Source: Macrostomum lignano (lineage: Eukaryota). Taken from it: a stretch of DNA of 64,000 nucleotides. Positions 61,801-64,000 of this stretch are shown here, piece by piece. Position 1 is the first letter of the stretch. The number at the start of each line of letters is the position of its first letter. The stretch is from contig NIVC01002647.1 of the NCBI GenBank assembly GCA_002269645.1, positions 62,001-126,000 of the forward strand, read 5' to 3'. Under the pieces are notes generated by a model. It was given only the letters and a program-made list of their open reading frames with translations, ran no database searches and was not told the origin of the DNA. Both the position numbers and the translations under genes were made by a program.

Positions 61801-64000
61801 TATAAGGTCAGTTTCTTCAAAATGCTGATTAATTAATTAAGGCCTGTTGTCTTTACTTAAATTTGTAAGGGCATCTTAGAAGTTAATATTACTATATAAT
61901 ACATGTATAATAGTATTACTATATTATAGTAATATAGTTGCAATTTTAATGACTATTGAATAAGTTTAAATGCTTCCCCTATTGACTCTAAATATATGGT
62001 ATTTTTCCCTTCAGAAAAAATTAGCATAGAATGACTTGATGAAAACAAAAAAAATCATTTTGAGATACACATTTGCTGATCATTCAGGACAAATTTCAAG
62101 GTCCAGTTTTGCACATGTTTCTCTGTAGCTTGGTTACAAGGATTTTAATAAAAATATAATAAATATGTCCAATGAACTAACTGATACATAGCCAAATTGA
62201 AGTATTTTCAAAAACAAAAAAATCATTTGCTCAGTTTACTTTATGGATATCTTTGTAAAATTTCAGCTCAAAAGGTGCTCCATGGAGAATGCTAGTGTGG
62301 TTACAGGATATTTATTTTGTGCTTCAAAGTAGGAGTTTATTGCGATGCATGGTTGCTTTTAATTATTTTTATCAACAATAGTGCTCTATTTCATAACAAT
62401 TTTTTACAAAAAGATAATAAGACATGTTTTTCTAATTATCTGCATCAAAATGTATCATTTTAAGCACGCATTCTAGACGTCAGCCGAAAAATACATTTTG
62501 TGAGACGCAAAGAGGCTATCCCACCGGAAATGCTAGGCGTACAGTTAAAGCGTCTATAAAATCATTTGTAGTGCAGTTTATTGAGCTTTAAAAAATTCTT
62601 AAATTAAATTTATATAAGCTTTCATTTTAAATGTAATATAGCAAGGTTTCAACACAACAGCAACTTTTTTTAGCTACAGACATCTTGTAGTATCAAAAAT
62701 TAACATCGGTGAAATGATTGAATTTGAATTTTTTCATCGCTAATTATCGCTTAATACCGCCAGATGATTAAAAATACTTATGTATGATAAAGTTCAACCC
62801 AAAAATTATCTTTATTGACAGATAAAAGTGTCCTATTATTTTCAATATGGCAGTAACAATAGTAAATGTTCGGAAAATTGTTAAAATTTTTGCTCCTTCT
62901 AGAATTTGCGAACGACCCGCCTGCACTTAGCCAGCTGCTACTTTTTTACACTTAATTTTTTTCTAAAGGGTGTTTGAAATTTGAATATCGTCATTCAGTG
63001 GCCATCTTAAGTGGATTGAAATCACTACAGTAGTAAACACACCACAGTATATACATACTATAAATTATGCGTTGGAATGTACTTCTTCAGTTTAAATTCT
63101 CAATTAGTAAGTAAACCGCATTTGATTGCTGCTTGTATTGTATCTGCTTGGGATCAGACTATTGTAGTCACAAAATTGTGGCTAGATTTTTATATATATA
63201 TCGATAATCACTATATATATTATTCTATGACATTTGCTTATGTATTTGCCACTTTAGTTAAATTATTTGATTTTCTTACAAAGCTCATTGACCTAGCTTA
63301 GTCTAATGTTCTTATAATTGTATGAAATCAGGCCTAGGGCCATGCATTTTTAGACCTGTTATTTTTATAACTTACAGTAATCATATAAATAGTAAAAGTC
63401 GTTTTTTACAGTCAACACTTGTAACAATTACCCAAGCCAAGTATATAAATTGAATAATAACTTGCTATATTGCTATAAGGACTCTACTAAAACTACCTAA
63501 AATACTAATTATTATAGGCCCTAGTTGTTTTGCTAACAAACATTTTTAGGACAGTCATTTTGGTAAGTAATTAGCCAAGTCATTTTGGCAAAGATAAGGA
63601 TCTTTGGATCACCATATTAGATTAGAAAGTTTTGCACAAATTTTGGCACATGTTTTTACTTTAAAATTTTTCAAAAGAATTTCAAAAGTTTTGGCACTTA
63701 AATTTTGTAAGAAAATTTTTATAGTTTTTCCATGTGCAAGTTGCGCAAGTTTACTAAAGATATGAAATTTTATGATAAAGACCCTATATCTTTATATTTA
63801 TATATTTGAGTATTCTAAGTGTGACAGGCCTTTTGGCTCTGTCTTTCTAAACTTCTAACTATTAGTGTTTATTAAATATCCTACGAGCTGCCACCAAAGT
63901 TGTTACAGGCCTTTCACTTCTTACTTTATCAATTTTAATCCCACCGATTTGCCAACTACAGTTATCCTGATTATACTTGCTTTTACTCCCTAACTATTTC

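Overview
Eukaryotic (animal) genomic DNA. GC-rich exons are separated by GT-AG introns that are almost completely filled with micro- and minisatellites. This style resembles the flatworm Macrostomum, which is an inference only. Four host genes were reconstructed by hand with phase-consistent splice sites. (1) A TTLL3/TTLL8-type tubulin glycylase (+, 5' end outside the window, 1-nt frameshift at ~3780). (2) An intronless neuronal-calcium-sensor-like EF-hand gene lacking one EF-hand unit (+). (3) FIBP (-, 4 exons). (4) RNF145-like RING-H2 membrane E3 ligase (-, 6 exons). The main accessory feature is an apparently intact 6.6-kb cut-and-paste DNA transposon (51777-58359) inserted antisense in RNF145 intron 1. 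It has 16-bp perfect TIRs, a duplicated target site and a 7-exon, ~1172-aa DDE/CxxH transposase with an N-terminal AT-hook and a C-terminal Tudor-like domain. FIBP intron 3 holds a tRNA-headed CORE-type SINE and a TIR/TSD-bounded non-autonomous element whose body is a 46-bp tandem array. Most long ORFs in the supplied track are artefacts of tandem repeats. All family assignments come from recalled motifs; no database search was run.
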